From assembly GCA_010093605.1 (NCBI GenBank), contig MU004191.1, positions 1,410,816 through 1,474,815 of the forward strand: a stretch of DNA of 64,000 nucleotides. The letters are read 5' to 3'. The position numbers and the translations under genes were made by a program. Origin of the DNA: Lophium mytilinum. Lineage: Eukaryota. How positions within the stretch are numbered: position 1 is the stretch's first letter; each line of letters starts with the position of its first letter. Below the pieces are notes generated by a model. That model did no database searches. It saw nothing but the letters and a program-made list of their open reading frames with translations, and had not been told where the DNA came from. Shown piece by piece: positions 51,401-62,512 of the stretch.

Positions 51401-51655
51401 CAGTATGGCCAAGAGCGCCAGGGCTATGGTGGAGGAGATCAGTACGGAGGCGGCCAGTACGGAGGTGGTCAGGAAGGAGGCGGCCAGTATGGAGGCGGCC
51501 AAGAACGAGGCGGCTACCAGCAGGAAGAACGTATGCCAGGCGGCTTTGGTGGAGACGAGTATGGCGAGCAACAAGAGCGACGTCGTGACGACGAGTACGG
51601 CGAGTCTCAGCAGCAGTATGGCGAGCCTCGGCGTGGCTACGGGGGTGGTTACTAG
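48477..51655 (+). CDS. het-c: Het-C family protein with signal peptide and Gly/Gln/Tyr-rich tail
   Basis: AFGAGNI, WRHGDIED, RVYFGNWLRDYSQAVD, LGCYRPEEHIDNPKDYADN, HCLEDYSAHSNY, DPTHSMISKDHF; 5 introns. May be a het-c paralogue rather than the orthologue. Confidence 0.93.
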
Positions 51656-52877
51656 TCGTTACTTGGGTCGCTGAAGGCTATGTGATCCACGACTGATAGT
51701 TTGAGCGCCAGTTGATTGTGCTAGTCGAAGTACCTAGTAGGTCTCTTCCCTATGAATAGCAAGCGAAACTGAATTGAATGAGTATCATGAGATCTGCCAA
51801 GTGTATATGTCTTTGTGATTGTGATACCTTGATTGCGGCAATGGTCACGTGACTTTGCTGACGGCCTTCTTAGATACTACTACGCTAGTGTAGCTAGGCG
51901 TGTAGTAAGATGGAGAGCCGGAAATAGCTATGTATGCATGTGGCGTAGGTACTTCGCCCTTGACTGATGGTAAGACGCGAACCACATGTCGCTGTCTTGG
52001 AAGGGCATCTGGGGGTTTTCTACAAAGATAGCCCGGACCTGGCTACCTGGGTTACAGAGAAGGCTTGCGGATGAAGCAATTAATTCAAGCAGAAGGTATG
52101 GCCTGATTTGTTGAGGGCTGCTCTCGTGCGTGCTTTGTGCCATGCACGATCGGGTTGATAGCTCCTTGGCTTGTCTCGTACGATGGACCCAATCGAAGAC
52201 CCGGACGGGCAGTGATAGTGAGGATCACGGCGCATACAGCCTGAGTGAAAGCAATTGATACACAGGAGAGCCCTCACTCGGTTCCAGAGGGGGGAGGGAC
52301 TGTCTGCGACTGGGCTTTGACGTCTCAAGGAGGCGGAAGGAGAAGATCAAACACGTCGCAGTTTCGGAAGCCAGGCGCAAACACAAAGCTTGGTCGGGCG
52401 CGAGAGGGTTATAAGCTGACGGCTCTCGATTTCTCGCTGCCAAAGCCTCCCTCCTGCCGCAGCTGACGTTCTCCTGGGCGTGGATGCATTTTTTGAAGGT
52501 TGAAGTCGAAGGTTGAGCTCAGCCCTCGTTGTGTCTTAGCGCCACCGATCCACACTTCACGGCCGCCCATCGGTTCCCCATCTTGGCTCCTACAAACCCG
52601 AACAGTCGAGTCGTAGCTGACATATACCTACCGACGCCCTCCTGCGCTGGAAGCTGGCCTTCCCTTATTCCTACGCCGTAATAATCGCCCTGTCCCAATA
52701 GACGCCACCTCTGCCGTGCGCAGTCTTTGTTCTTATTGAGCGTTCAGCCCTATTGCCTCCTCCGCACACCTCCGATCCGCCGAGCAACTTCGTTCAGTTC
52801 TGGCCTGTACATTTCGCGCGCAGACAGCCCCCTAGGGCTTTAATACCTCATATTCTCTCTACGACCCTCTAGCCATC

Positions 52878-55800
52878 ATGGCGCCCTCATACCTACCCGT
52901 GTCGACGCGCGATGTCGACGACACCGCCGCCCGAACCTCCCCTCCGCAACCGCCGAAACATGCGCCAGTAGCCCACATGGCCACCACAACCCTGAAAGTC
53001 GAGGGCATGACCTGCGGCGCGTGTACCTCGGCCATCGAGACTGGATTTAATGGTGTTGACGGCGTTGGAAACGTGTCGATCAGCTTGGTAATGGAACGCG
53101 CCGTCGTGCAGCACGACCCCAGCAAAATATCCGTGGACCAAGTGAAGGAAATAATAGAAGACCGCGGGTTCGATGCCGAGGTTTTGTCCTCGGACATACC
53201 TGCTGCGAACCAAAGTCTTGATGATAACTTTTTGAGCGATTCGGAGGATGAAGAGGAGAGCCAGGGCGCGAAGATGACCATCACCACCGTTTCTGTTGGA
53301 GGTATGACATGCGGCGCTTGTACTTCTGCTGTGGAAAACGGGTTCGCGAATGTTTCTGGTGTACAGCATTTCAGCATATCGTTGCTTTCGGAGCGAGCGG
53401 TCATCGAGCACGACCCGGCCATGATTACCCCGGAGCAGATCGCGGAGATCATCGAGGATACTGGGTTCGATGCGAAGGTCTTGGAAACAAAAGCCTCGGC
53501 GCCTGAGAAGAAAACCCGCCAGAGCCGGAAGCGGAAGACGTTGACTACGACAGTTGCAGTGGAGGGCATGACTTGTGGGGCTTGCACCGCTGCGATTGAG
53601 GGAGGCTTCAAAGGCGTAGACGGAGTTCTTCAGTTCAATATCAGCTTACTCGCCAACCGCGCAGTCATTGTACACGAGGCGGCAAAGCTTTCAGAGGCGC
53701 AGATCGTGGAGATGATCGAGGATAGGGGTTTCGATGCCAAAGTTATCTCGTCTGTGGATGCGAACGCCCAAACCTCGACATCCTCGACAACGTTCCATCT
53801 GAAAGTCTACGGCCTGAAAGATGCAAAGTCTGCGCAGGAGCTAGAGACGAATCTCCGCGCCTTGTCAGGTATCCCAGCAGCCACTGTCAATTTCAGCACT
53901 TCCCGGGCGACAATCACACACGAGCCGCTACGACTGGGCTTGCGTGCCATCGTTGAGTCCATCGAAGCTGTTGGATATAACGCGTTAGTCGCCGATTCGG
54001 ACGACAACAACGCCCAACTCGAATCTCTTGCCAAGACAAAAGAGATCCAGGAGTGGCGGCGAGCCTTTAGGACTTCTCTTATGTTCGCTATACCGGTGTT
54101 TCTGACCAGCATGTTTTTACCTATGTTTCTCCCTATTTTGGATTATGGCAGCATTAAAATCTGCACGGGAGTCTGGCTGGGAGACGTCGTGTGCCTTGTC
54201 CTCACTATTCCTGTTCAATTCGGCATTGGCAAGCGATTCTACGTTTCAGCTTTTAGATCTTTGCGCCACGGCTCGCCCACCATGGATGTCCTGGTTGTTT
54301 TGGGTACATCTGCAGCGTTCTTCTTCAGTGTCGTGGGCATGCTCGTCTCGATACTCATTCCGCCGCACAGCCGACCCACAACGTTGTTCGATACTAGCAC
54401 TATGCTTATTACCTTTATCACACTTGGTAGGTTCCTGGAGAACAGGGCGAAAGGGCAGACTTCTAAGGCTCTCTCACGCTTGATGTCTCTTGCACCATCT
54501 ATGGCCACTATCTACGCGGATCCCATCGCAGCCGCCAAGGCAGCGGAAGGTTGGGACGTCGCGTCGGATGAGAAGAACGGCTCTGAAGGAATGGATGGCA
54601 ACGCTGCCGAGGAGAGAGTCATCGCCACAGAACTTATCGAAGTCGGTGACGTCGTCATCCTCAAGCCTGGCGACAAGATTCCCGCGGATGGAACAGTCAC
54701 TCGTGGAGAAAGCTACATCGATGAAAGCATGGTCACTGGTGAAGCGATGCCAATTCTCAAAAAGAAAGGTGCGCTGCTCATGGCCGGTACTGTCAATGGC
54801 AACGGAAGAGTCGACTTCATTGTTACAAGAGCCGGACGCGATACTCAGCTAAGCCAGATCGTGAAGCTAGTCCAGGAAGCCCAGACAAGCCGTGCTCCCA
54901 TCCAGCGACTGGCCGATATTGTTGCTGGCTATTTTGTTCCCATCATCATCACCCTCGGCCTTGCTACATTTGTCTCCTGGATGGTCCTCAGCCATGTTCT
55001 GCCAAACCCACCCCGAGTCTTCCAGGACCACGCCAGTGGTGGCAAGCTGATGGTTTGCGTTAAGCTCTGTATTGCTGTCATTGTCTTTGCTTGCCCATGC
55101 GCACTTGGCCTCGCAACTCCTACTGCCGTCATGGTCGGTACTGGCGTGGGAGCAGAGCAAGGTATCCTCGTCAAGGGAGGTGCTGCTCTGGAAACTGCTA
55201 CAAAAATCACCCATGTTGTCCTTGATAAGACGGGCACGCTCACTGTTGGAAAGATGAGCGTGTCGAAGGCCGACCTCAAATCCGAATGGGCAAGGGATGC
55301 AAGTAAAGCACGGCTGTGGTGGACCTTGATTGGTCTTGCTGAGATGAGCAGCGAGCATCCGATTGCGAAGGCCATAGTACTCGCCGCGAAAGACCACCTC
55401 AGATTGGGGCCTGAAGGGTCTCTTGACGGGAGTGTTGGCGAGTTCGAAGCAATCATCGGCAAGGGCATCACCGCAACTATCGAAGCTGCGATCTCTCCCG
55501 AAAGAAAACGATACAACGTCCTGATCGGCAACGCGACCTACCTAGAGTCCGAGGGAGTGAGCATGGTTCCGTCACTGGAGGAAGTCCCCATTACTCCTGC
55601 AGGCATTGCGAACCCGCGAAGCAATGGTCCTCAAGCTCGCTCAGCTGGCACCACCACCATCCACACCGCCATCGACAACGTCTACACCGGCTGCCTGTCC
55701 CTCTCCGACACTATTAAGCCTTCCGCCAGAGCCGCCATCCTCGCCCTCACACGCATGGGCATCTCCGCCTCCATCGTCACCGGCGACACCAGCCCCTCCG

Positions 55801-56459
55801 CCCTCGTCGTCGCATCCCAGGTCGGCATCCCACCCGCCAACGTCTACGCCTCGGCCACGCCCTCGGACAAAAAAGACATCATCGCCTCGCTGCAGTCGCG
55901 TGGCCAAGTCGTCGCCATGGTCGGCGACGGCATCAACGACTCGCCCGCGCTCGCCTCAGCCGACATCGGCATCGCCCTCTCCACCGGCACCGACGTCGCC
56001 ATGGAAGCCGCATCCATCGTACTCATGAGCACCACGGACCTGCTCGCCATCCCCGCCTCCCTGCTCCTCTCCCGCTCCATCTTCGCCCGCATCAAGCTCA
56101 ACCTCGCCTGGGCGACGATGTACAACCTCATCGGCCTGCCCTTCGCCATGGGGTTCTTCCTGCCCTGGGGCTTGAGCTTGCACCCCATGGCGGCGGGGTT
56201 CGCGATGGCGTGCAGCTCTGTGAGCGTGGTGCTCAGCTCGCTGCACCTCAAGTTCTGGACCCGCCCGGCGTGGATGCGGGTGAAGTTGCTGGATCCGACG
56301 GCGGAGGTGCCGGAGGCGGAGAAGCAGGCGGAGGGGCGGATGCAGGTGGATGGGGTGGTGAAGCGGGCGAGGGATTGGGTTAGGGAGGCGCTGAGGGCGC
56401 GGAAGAGGGGGAGGGAGGAGGTCGGGTATGTGCCGTTGAGGGATATGGGGGAGTCGTAG
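52878..56459 (+). CDS. CCC2: Cu(I)-transporting P1B ATPase (Ccc2/ATP7-type)
   Basis: Three GMTCGAC HMA domains plus a degenerate fourth; TGE, CPC, DKTGT, SEHP, GDGIND, YN and MxxSS motifs; intronless, 1193 aa. Confidence 0.96.
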   Translation: MAPSYLPVSTRDVDDTAARTSPPQPPKHAPVAHMATTTLKVEGMTCGACTSAIETGFNGVDGVGNVSISLVMERAVVQHDPSKISVDQVKEIIEDRGFDAEVLSSDIPAANQSLDDNFLSDSEDEEESQGAKMTITTVSVGGMTCGACTSAVENGFANVSGVQHFSISLLSERAVIEHDPAMITPEQIAEIIEDTGFDAKVLETKASAPEKKTRQSRKRKTLTTTVAVEGMTCGACTAAIEGGFKGVDGVLQFNISLLANRAVIVHEAAKLSEAQIVEMIEDRGFDAKVISSVDANAQTSTSSTTFHLKVYGLKDAKSAQELETNLRALSGIPAATVNFSTSRATITHEPLRLGLRAIVESIEAVGYNALVADSDDNNAQLESLAKTKEIQEWRRAFRTSLMFAIPVFLTSMFLPMFLPILDYGSIKICTGVWLGDVVCLVLTIPVQFGIGKRFYVSAFRSLRHGSPTMDVLVVLGTSAAFFFSVVGMLVSILIPPHSRPTTLFDTSTMLITFITLGRFLENRAKGQTSKALSRLMSLAPSMATIYADPIAAAKAAEGWDVASDEKNGSEGMDGNAAEERVIATELIEVGDVVILKPGDKIPADGTVTRGESYIDESMVTGEAMPILKKKGALLMAGTVNGNGRVDFIVTRAGRDTQLSQIVKLVQEAQTSRAPIQRLADIVAGYFVPIIITLGLATFVSWMVLSHVLPNPPRVFQDHASGGKLMVCVKLCIAVIVFACPCALGLATPTAVMVGTGVGAEQGILVKGGAALETATKITHVVLDKTGTLTVGKMSVSKADLKSEWARDASKARLWWTLIGLAEMSSEHPIAKAIVLAAKDHLRLGPEGSLDGSVGEFEAIIGKGITATIEAAISPERKRYNVLIGNATYLESEGVSMVPSLEEVPITPAGIANPRSNGPQARSAGTTTIHTAIDNVYTGCLSLSDTIKPSARAAILALTRMGISASIVTGDTSPSALVVASQVGIPPANVYASATPSDKKDIIASLQSRGQVVAMVGDGINDSPALASADIGIALSTGTDVAMEAASIVLMSTTDLLAIPASLLLSRSIFARIKLNLAWATMYNLIGLPFAMGFFLPWGLSLHPMAAGFAMACSSVSVVLSSLHLKFWTRPAWMRVKLLDPTAEVPEAEKQAEGRMQVDGVVKRARDWVREALRARKRGREEVGYVPLRDMGES

Positions 56460-56764
56460 ATGTCACTTTTGCTCTGTTTCCTTTTGTGTAAGTCGTGTTA
56501 CGCGCGGTTTTTCTTTTGTAAGAGTTGGGCTGAGAGCGGCGTTTGTTGGATACGCGTGCGTAGCGATATACCTGTGGCCCTTAGAGCGAAATTTGGATAT
56601 ATGCGGTGTTTTACCTATATATCTTGTGCACACGTAAATTTATCATATTCAATTTCACTATTCAAGTTTCTCAGTTTTTCAATATCCATATTTTGATATG
56701 TTCAGTGAAGGCTGGGGGTTTTGATTATATAGGACTGTCCCAAATGCTAATAGTACGCTAACAT

Positions 56765-57222
56765 CTACTTCTTGTCTCCGGTATCGTGGATCGCGTTCGG
56801 CAGTGCGCGCTCCAACTTCTCAGGCACCGCTTTCTGGATCCCGAGCGGGACTTTGCTGGCGGCGCCGCCATCGAGGGCATGCGTGGTGTGCTTGTCGCCG
56901 GTGCTGCTGCCGGAGTTGGTGCCGGTGGCGCTGGTGTCGTGGAGCTAGAGAAAAGGGGGGTTAGTGGTAAGTCGAAGTGACGGGAGATGAAAGAGGTCTT
57001 AGATGGTAACATGAGGGGTTGGCCGCGTTTAGATGCGTTAGAGGATGTGAGGAGGAAAAGAAAGGGGAGGATAAAGATGACTTCACGGTTGTAGAAATAT
57101 GCAATACATACCTTATCGGGCAAGCCCTCCTCGAGGCCCTGGGGAACCTTCTCCTGCACCTTTTGCGGGACTACGGAGTCGCCTGTGGCGTGGGAGACAC
57201 CTTGACCATGCTCGTTCTGCAT
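56765..57222 (-). CDS. 96-aa hydrophilic two-repeat protein, probably stress/spore associated
   Basis: Exon 1 57222-57112, intron 57111-56945 (GTATGT..ACTAAC..TAG), exon 2 56944-56765. Splicing yields two similar units; TATATAAA upstream at about 57345. Confidence 0.85.
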
Positions 57223-57461
57223 CTTAAGATTGTGTTTGAATTTATCTGGTATTTAAGATTGAAGTAAAGTATATTCGAGTTGGTGTGGTAGGAAATCGTG
57301 GAAGTGATGGATGTTATAGATTCGACCTTCAGACGGCCTTTATATACCTTCACTGCACGACAAACCTCTTCGCCACCGTCACAGGCATATGCAATGCTCT
57401 CAGCTGTCCAAAGTCTCTCCACGCCAAGCACAGTGAGAAAATGTCGTATACGAACAAGTCT

Positions 57462-57469
57462 TGACGTCA
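57462..57469. promoter_or_regulatory. Palindromic CRE (ATF/CREB site)
   Basis: TGACGTCA 240 bp upstream of the 96-aa gene start; motif match only. Confidence 0.45.
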
Positions 57470-58169
57470 GCCAACCCTGTCCGTTTCGAGAGGGATGAGG
57501 TCGTCGAAAGTCACGTGCTGGCGTTTTCACAATCATCATCGTGTATTTTAACCTCTTACGCCCGTACGGGATTCGTACGTGAACGCCTGTTGCTCGAGCT
57601 AGAAGAATATTACTGGATGTGGTAGAGTTTGCGCCGCTACCATGAGGCGACGTGCATAGGTTTAGTAGCTGTCAGGCGGGACGTTTAGTGACTTTGTTAG
57701 TGTATTTTGGTTGCTGAACGTCATTAGCAGTCACTGATCGAGATTTTGGTTTGCGTTGTGACATCGGTGGTATGGCTATCGTGCAGGTATGGTTTGATGG
57801 CGCGAGTTTTGTCTGGATGCTGCGAGTCTATGACGATTAGTAGATATAACTGTCCAAAACTCAGTAGTCCTGTGTGACCTGCGAGATAGCGTTTCCTAAA
57901 GGTAGAAGTAGAGGGAGGAAGGTGTTGAAGCGATAAGGACACTTTATAGAGAAAGTCTTGTGGGTACTAAGAATTAGAGTGTGTATCTATATACTCGGAG
58001 CTGCGTAGATTCGGACGATGTAAACTAGAGCCAGCAATAGTACTGAAACCTCACTCTGTACACTGTATCGATAACAATTCCCTCGCGCCCTTAAACGCCA
58101 CGCTATGCATAACACACCCTTGATCGCTGAACGCTCTGAGAAGATCAAACAGACATCGCAAGGCGGGAA

Positions 58170-59363
58170 TCAACAGCAATTCCCGCCCCTCCGTCTCGGG
58201 CCAAGTCTGAAAACTTCTTCCCACTCTCTCATCCCGGTGAGTCTACTTGCGCCTCCTCCGCCCCTGTTATTCCTCCCCTTCCGCCACCGCACGCCTTCTT
58301 CGTTCCCGAAATTCCCGCTCTTGACGCTCCCATCATCGTCTACCCCGCCTCCATACCCCCCGCTGTCTCCGTATTGTATCCCGCTGGCGGGGTCGTCGGG
58401 GTCAATCTCGCCGAGCTCGATCTTCGTAAGAATTATGCGTGCGAGGCGATGGAATAGCTCGTCAACACCTTCGCCGCTCAGCGCGGAAACTTCGACGGCG
58501 ACAGGTATCGGGACCGGGAGGGATGAGGCCCAGCGAGATGCGGTCTCGGGCGCGACTTCGCGAAAAGCGTCGTGTGCAGTCGCCGTAGACTGCGCCCCAA
58601 GCATGCTCTGGCGATTCGAGCTTGGTGTTGAGGGGAGGGAATTCCGCGAGGAGAAGGAGGAGGGAGGTGGGGTGTTGTCCAAGCTCATGCCCCCACCTTC
58701 GGTGTCGAGATGGGCGTCTTCGTCGCCAACATCGGTTTTGTTTCCGGCGAGGATGACGGTGAGGTCTGGCGAGGCGAGGGCGCGGGCGTCGTTGAGGAAG
58801 TTCGGGAGGGCGGCGAAGGAGGCGTGCGAGGAGACGTCGTACACGAGTATTGCGCCGGCGGCGCCGCGGTAGTAGGAGCGCGAGACGCTGCGGAAGCGCT
58901 CGGTGCCGGCTGTGTCCCAGAGCTGGAGTTTTATGCGCTTCATGTGTGGGCGGGTTCCGATCCGTACTGCGGATATTAGGGTTGATGTCTGGAGTTGTCT
59001 GTACACTGTTGTTTCTCACCAATCTTGCTGGCGAACTCGACTCCGATGGTCTGGCTGGAAAGGATGCGCCACTCATTTTTTACAAAGCGGTGGAGGAGGC
59101 AGGATCTAGGTGCAAGTGGAGGTTAGAAACGGCGCTGAGAGGCTTATCGGAGCATGGAGGTGACGGAAAGTGAGCGTACTTCCCACAGCCGCTGGGACCA
59201 AGTAGTATTATTTTGGCGAGGTAGTCGTACATGCTTCCAAGCTCCTGTTCTCTGGTTAGACTGCCGTGCTGACCCGTTGAAGTAAAGCGGTGCGGACCTG
59301 GTCCTTGACAGCATTGGAGCCGGAGTTGGTGCTCGCGGAGGAGGGCGCTCGTTGGCGCGCCAT
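58170..59363 (-). CDS. Rab4/Ypt4-like small GTPase
   Basis: MARQRAP...KDQ|ELGSMYDYLAKIILLGPSGCGK|SCLLHRFVK...QTIGVEFASKI|...LQLWDTAGTERFRSVSRSYYRGA, GNKTD, EVSA, and C-terminal CC prenylation motif. Confidence 0.92.
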
Positions 59364-60140
59364 GATAAGAGATGTGGAGATGGCGCAGCAGTATGGAGGT
59401 TGTTGTCACAAGGAAAGAGAGGCTGCGACCTCGGAGGGCCAAAAGGAAAGAAGGAGGATTAACAGAAGCGTGGTGACGATGATGGTGCAGGAGGGATGCT
59501 CAGACGCGGGCCATGCTGGCGGAGATGAGCAGCAAGGGTACCTTTTCTGAAATAATACATCACCAGCCCTCACCCACACTGTTTTGTTTTATCACGGCAC
59601 GGGAGGTGCAGAAGTCCAGAATCCAGTCGGAACTCCCCCGAAGATGCATACATGGATCGCAGCAGCCTCACGGAAGCCTCCGCCGTAGAGCGACCTTTTG
59701 ACAGCTCTATTGTAACACGGCGTGCCAGCGGGACGGGCCCATCCTTAAGCTCTCCATGGGTCCTTCACCCCGCCACCTATCGTGGTTCCGCCGATGCGAG
59801 ACCTCTTCACGTGCTTTTCTTTCTTAAATGTCGTCCAGAATGGACCCGCCCTGTGAGTGAGTATGCAAGTCGTAGGAGTGGATTGGCAGGACGTCCCAAT
59901 CGCGCGTGTCGACGTCGCTCTCGCCGGCCGAGGCACAGTTTCAGTACCTGGATAGATACGTCACTAACGCCTCCCGGCCACTTTTTGTATCCGCTGTCGC
60001 GTGCTCTTTTTTTCTTCACGTTTGCTCACCTTTCCCTCCTGTCACTTGAATCCACCTGGGTAAAAGCTACTACACTGTCTTGGCTACGGGCACGTCGTCT
60101 TGCTGCGAAGCGGCCCCTCAGTTTCCTTTCTTCCTCCGAT

Positions 60141-61738
60141 ATGTCGTTCCTCAGTCGCCTCAATCCAACCCCAGCATTTCCCTCTTACACGGGGCCATAC
60201 AAGGTCGGATCAGTCGACGTGGAAATTCCAGCCACCGACCTAGCTTCTCCAAGTCCCGCGCCACCTTCTGCATCAGCTACGGTTGCATTCCGCATATTCT
60301 ATCCTTGTGAAGCAGGCTCGAACGAACGCCCCGTCAGGTGGATACCAAACCCTCAACGAGGTTATGTGTCGGCGTATGCGCGCTTTCTAGGCGCCAATTC
60401 CGCTCTATCTCACATTTTTGCGTATGCAACCTCATTCAAAGGGAACGGACGGCACTAACAAGTGACAGCGTGTTTCCCCAGCTCCTCTACTACGTCTCTT
60501 TACCTGTTTCTCGGAACGCCCGGCTCGTTGAACCACAAACAAAGTCCGAGCGATGGCCTGTTGTTATCTTCTCGCACGGGTTAGGAGGCTCTAGGAACGC
60601 ATATTCGCATATAGTGGGCTCCCTGGCGAGTCACGGAGTTGTGGTCATTGCTACGGACCACCGAGATGGAAGCGCGCCCGTGTCATACGTGAGGGAGACA
60701 GAGAAGACACCAGCTAAAACCGTTGACTACCGCCGCGTAGCCCACAAACCATCCCCGGACGTGTACGAGCAGCGAAACGAACAATTGCGAATTCGATTAT
60801 GGGAACAAGGCATGGTCCATGATGCCCTATTAAAAATTGACCAAGGGAAGCCAGTGAACAATCTAGACCCTAACCATAGCACTAAGAGCCGCAAACGCGA
60901 ACCCTCCGAGGTTCTTTCAATGTTCAAAAACAAGCTCGATGTGCACCGGCCAGGATCCATAACTTGGGCCGGCCACAGTTTCGGGGCGACAACGACCGTC
61001 CAACTCGTCAAATCAACATTCTACCACGCATCCTCCAGCGAAAACGACAGCTACGTACCTCTTTTCACGCCCTCCGCGTCTTCCGAAATCGTCAAACAAA
61101 TCACGCCAGCGTCACCCGTCATGCTGCTAGACCTATGGTGTCTTCCCCTCCAAGGCCCTTCCACCAGCTGGCTCCGGGCCAAGCCTATGCCCTGCTACGC
61201 GCCCTCCGGCCCAGGCGGCACCGCGCTCCTCGCTATTGAGAGCGAAGCGTTCTTCAAGTGGCAGGTCCACCTCGAAGAGACTAAACGCGTACTCTCCGAG
61301 TCCCCAGGGTCCAATCCACCCGTCCGCACGAAGCCTGGGCCCCGCTTCTTCTACCCCACCTCCTCCGCGCATCTCTCGCAATCCGATTTTGGGATTCTGT
61401 TCTCGTGGGTCACGACGAAGGTGTTTGGCGCCAAGGACCCGGAGCGGGTGCTTCGACTTAATGTACGTGCCATGCTGCAGGTCATGCGGGACTGCGGGGT
61501 CGAGGTTGCGGATACGAGTCGTGTGGATATGGAAGAGACAGGGGAGGTTGCTGCGGCTGGGAAGGCGCAGGATTGGAAGATCTTGGAGCCGAAGGCTGGG
61601 ACTGTCGCGGGCTGGATTCCGTTGACGACGGATGTGGATTCTCATGTTGCGAAGGAGAAGATTAGTGAGGCGCCGGCGGATGCGGTTGTAGAAGGCGAGG
61701 TTATGGGCGAGATGACTGTGGAGAATGGTAAGAGGTAG
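60141..61738 (+). CDS. PAF-acetylhydrolase-family alpha/beta hydrolase
   Basis: FPSYTGPYKVGSVDVEIP, intron 60422-60468, VIFSHGLGG, DHRDGSA, nucleophile motif GHSFG, LLDLW, HLSQSD. Confidence 0.93.
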
Positions 61739-62001
61739 GTGTGCAATAGATAGAGTAGTGTGGCTACTGTGGACTTTGCGGCATTAGACAGGCGTTATGT
61801 TTAGATTTTGGTGGATATCATATAGACAGCGAGCATATCGTTTCGAATAGCAGGCAAGAACAAGTAATGGGCTCTTTGATATATCTAGAACTACTTGATG
61901 GTAAGTAATAAACTTGTGCTGTTTACAGCCTCCGCAGCCTCTCGATTCTGCAGAAAGAGATTCTAGATCGCAAGTGTTGAGCTTTGAGTGTATCTTGATC
62001 C

Positions 62002-62211
62002 TGTGACATATCCTCGGTCTTAAGGGGGTTTATCGGTGGCAAGTGATAGGTGTCAAGGGTACGATGCGGAGGAGCTTGGAACTAGACAAGGAGGAAAGAA
62101 GGCTGGTTATAAGAGGTCGTATAAGGAGCAGGAAGAGAGGCCTGCACGAGGAAGCTATATAGTAGGAGAGCGGCTAGCCTGGAGGCCCAGCTCACGTAGG
62201 GCCTCGTGACA
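62002..62211 (-). mobile_element. Probable solo LTR (Ty3/gypsy-like), 210 bp
   Basis: Minus strand TGTCACG...TATATAG, CT-rich tract, GATAAA...TGTCACA (TG..CA ends). The flanking 5-mers do not match, so no TSD. Confidence 0.5.
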
Positions 62212-62512
62212 GGTGAACGTACAACCGGAGGACCGGGCGTAATCTGTCAAAATAGGTATCTAATAGCTATGATTCAAACTTTCGGAGGAAATAGTGTAAG
62301 AACGTACGGCACTGGGAACTTCTAAAGCCGCAGCTACCTCTCGTATGTTGTTATCGATGCTCGACACTGTATACTGCGAGGTGGCGTTTGGAATCGCAGA
62401 AAAGCGTCATAGATGCTCATCTTGGCTGAACGATGCTATTGCCTATACTCTACACAAGAGAACCGGTCCCGATATATACACACCCTATTCTCGCTTTACT
62501 CACTCCTACCAC

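Noticed and set aside
51844..51853. Palindrome GTCACGTGAC (E-box) about 1 kb upstream of CCC2
   Set aside because: A single short motif just past the het-C 3' end; it cannot be assigned to a gene without conservation data.
18957..56459. Possible metal/oxidative-stress cluster (urease, catalase, S1/P1 nuclease, Cu ATPase, Cys/His peptide)
   Set aside because: The genes are spread over about 37 kb among unrelated housekeeping genes, with no sequence evidence of a cluster.
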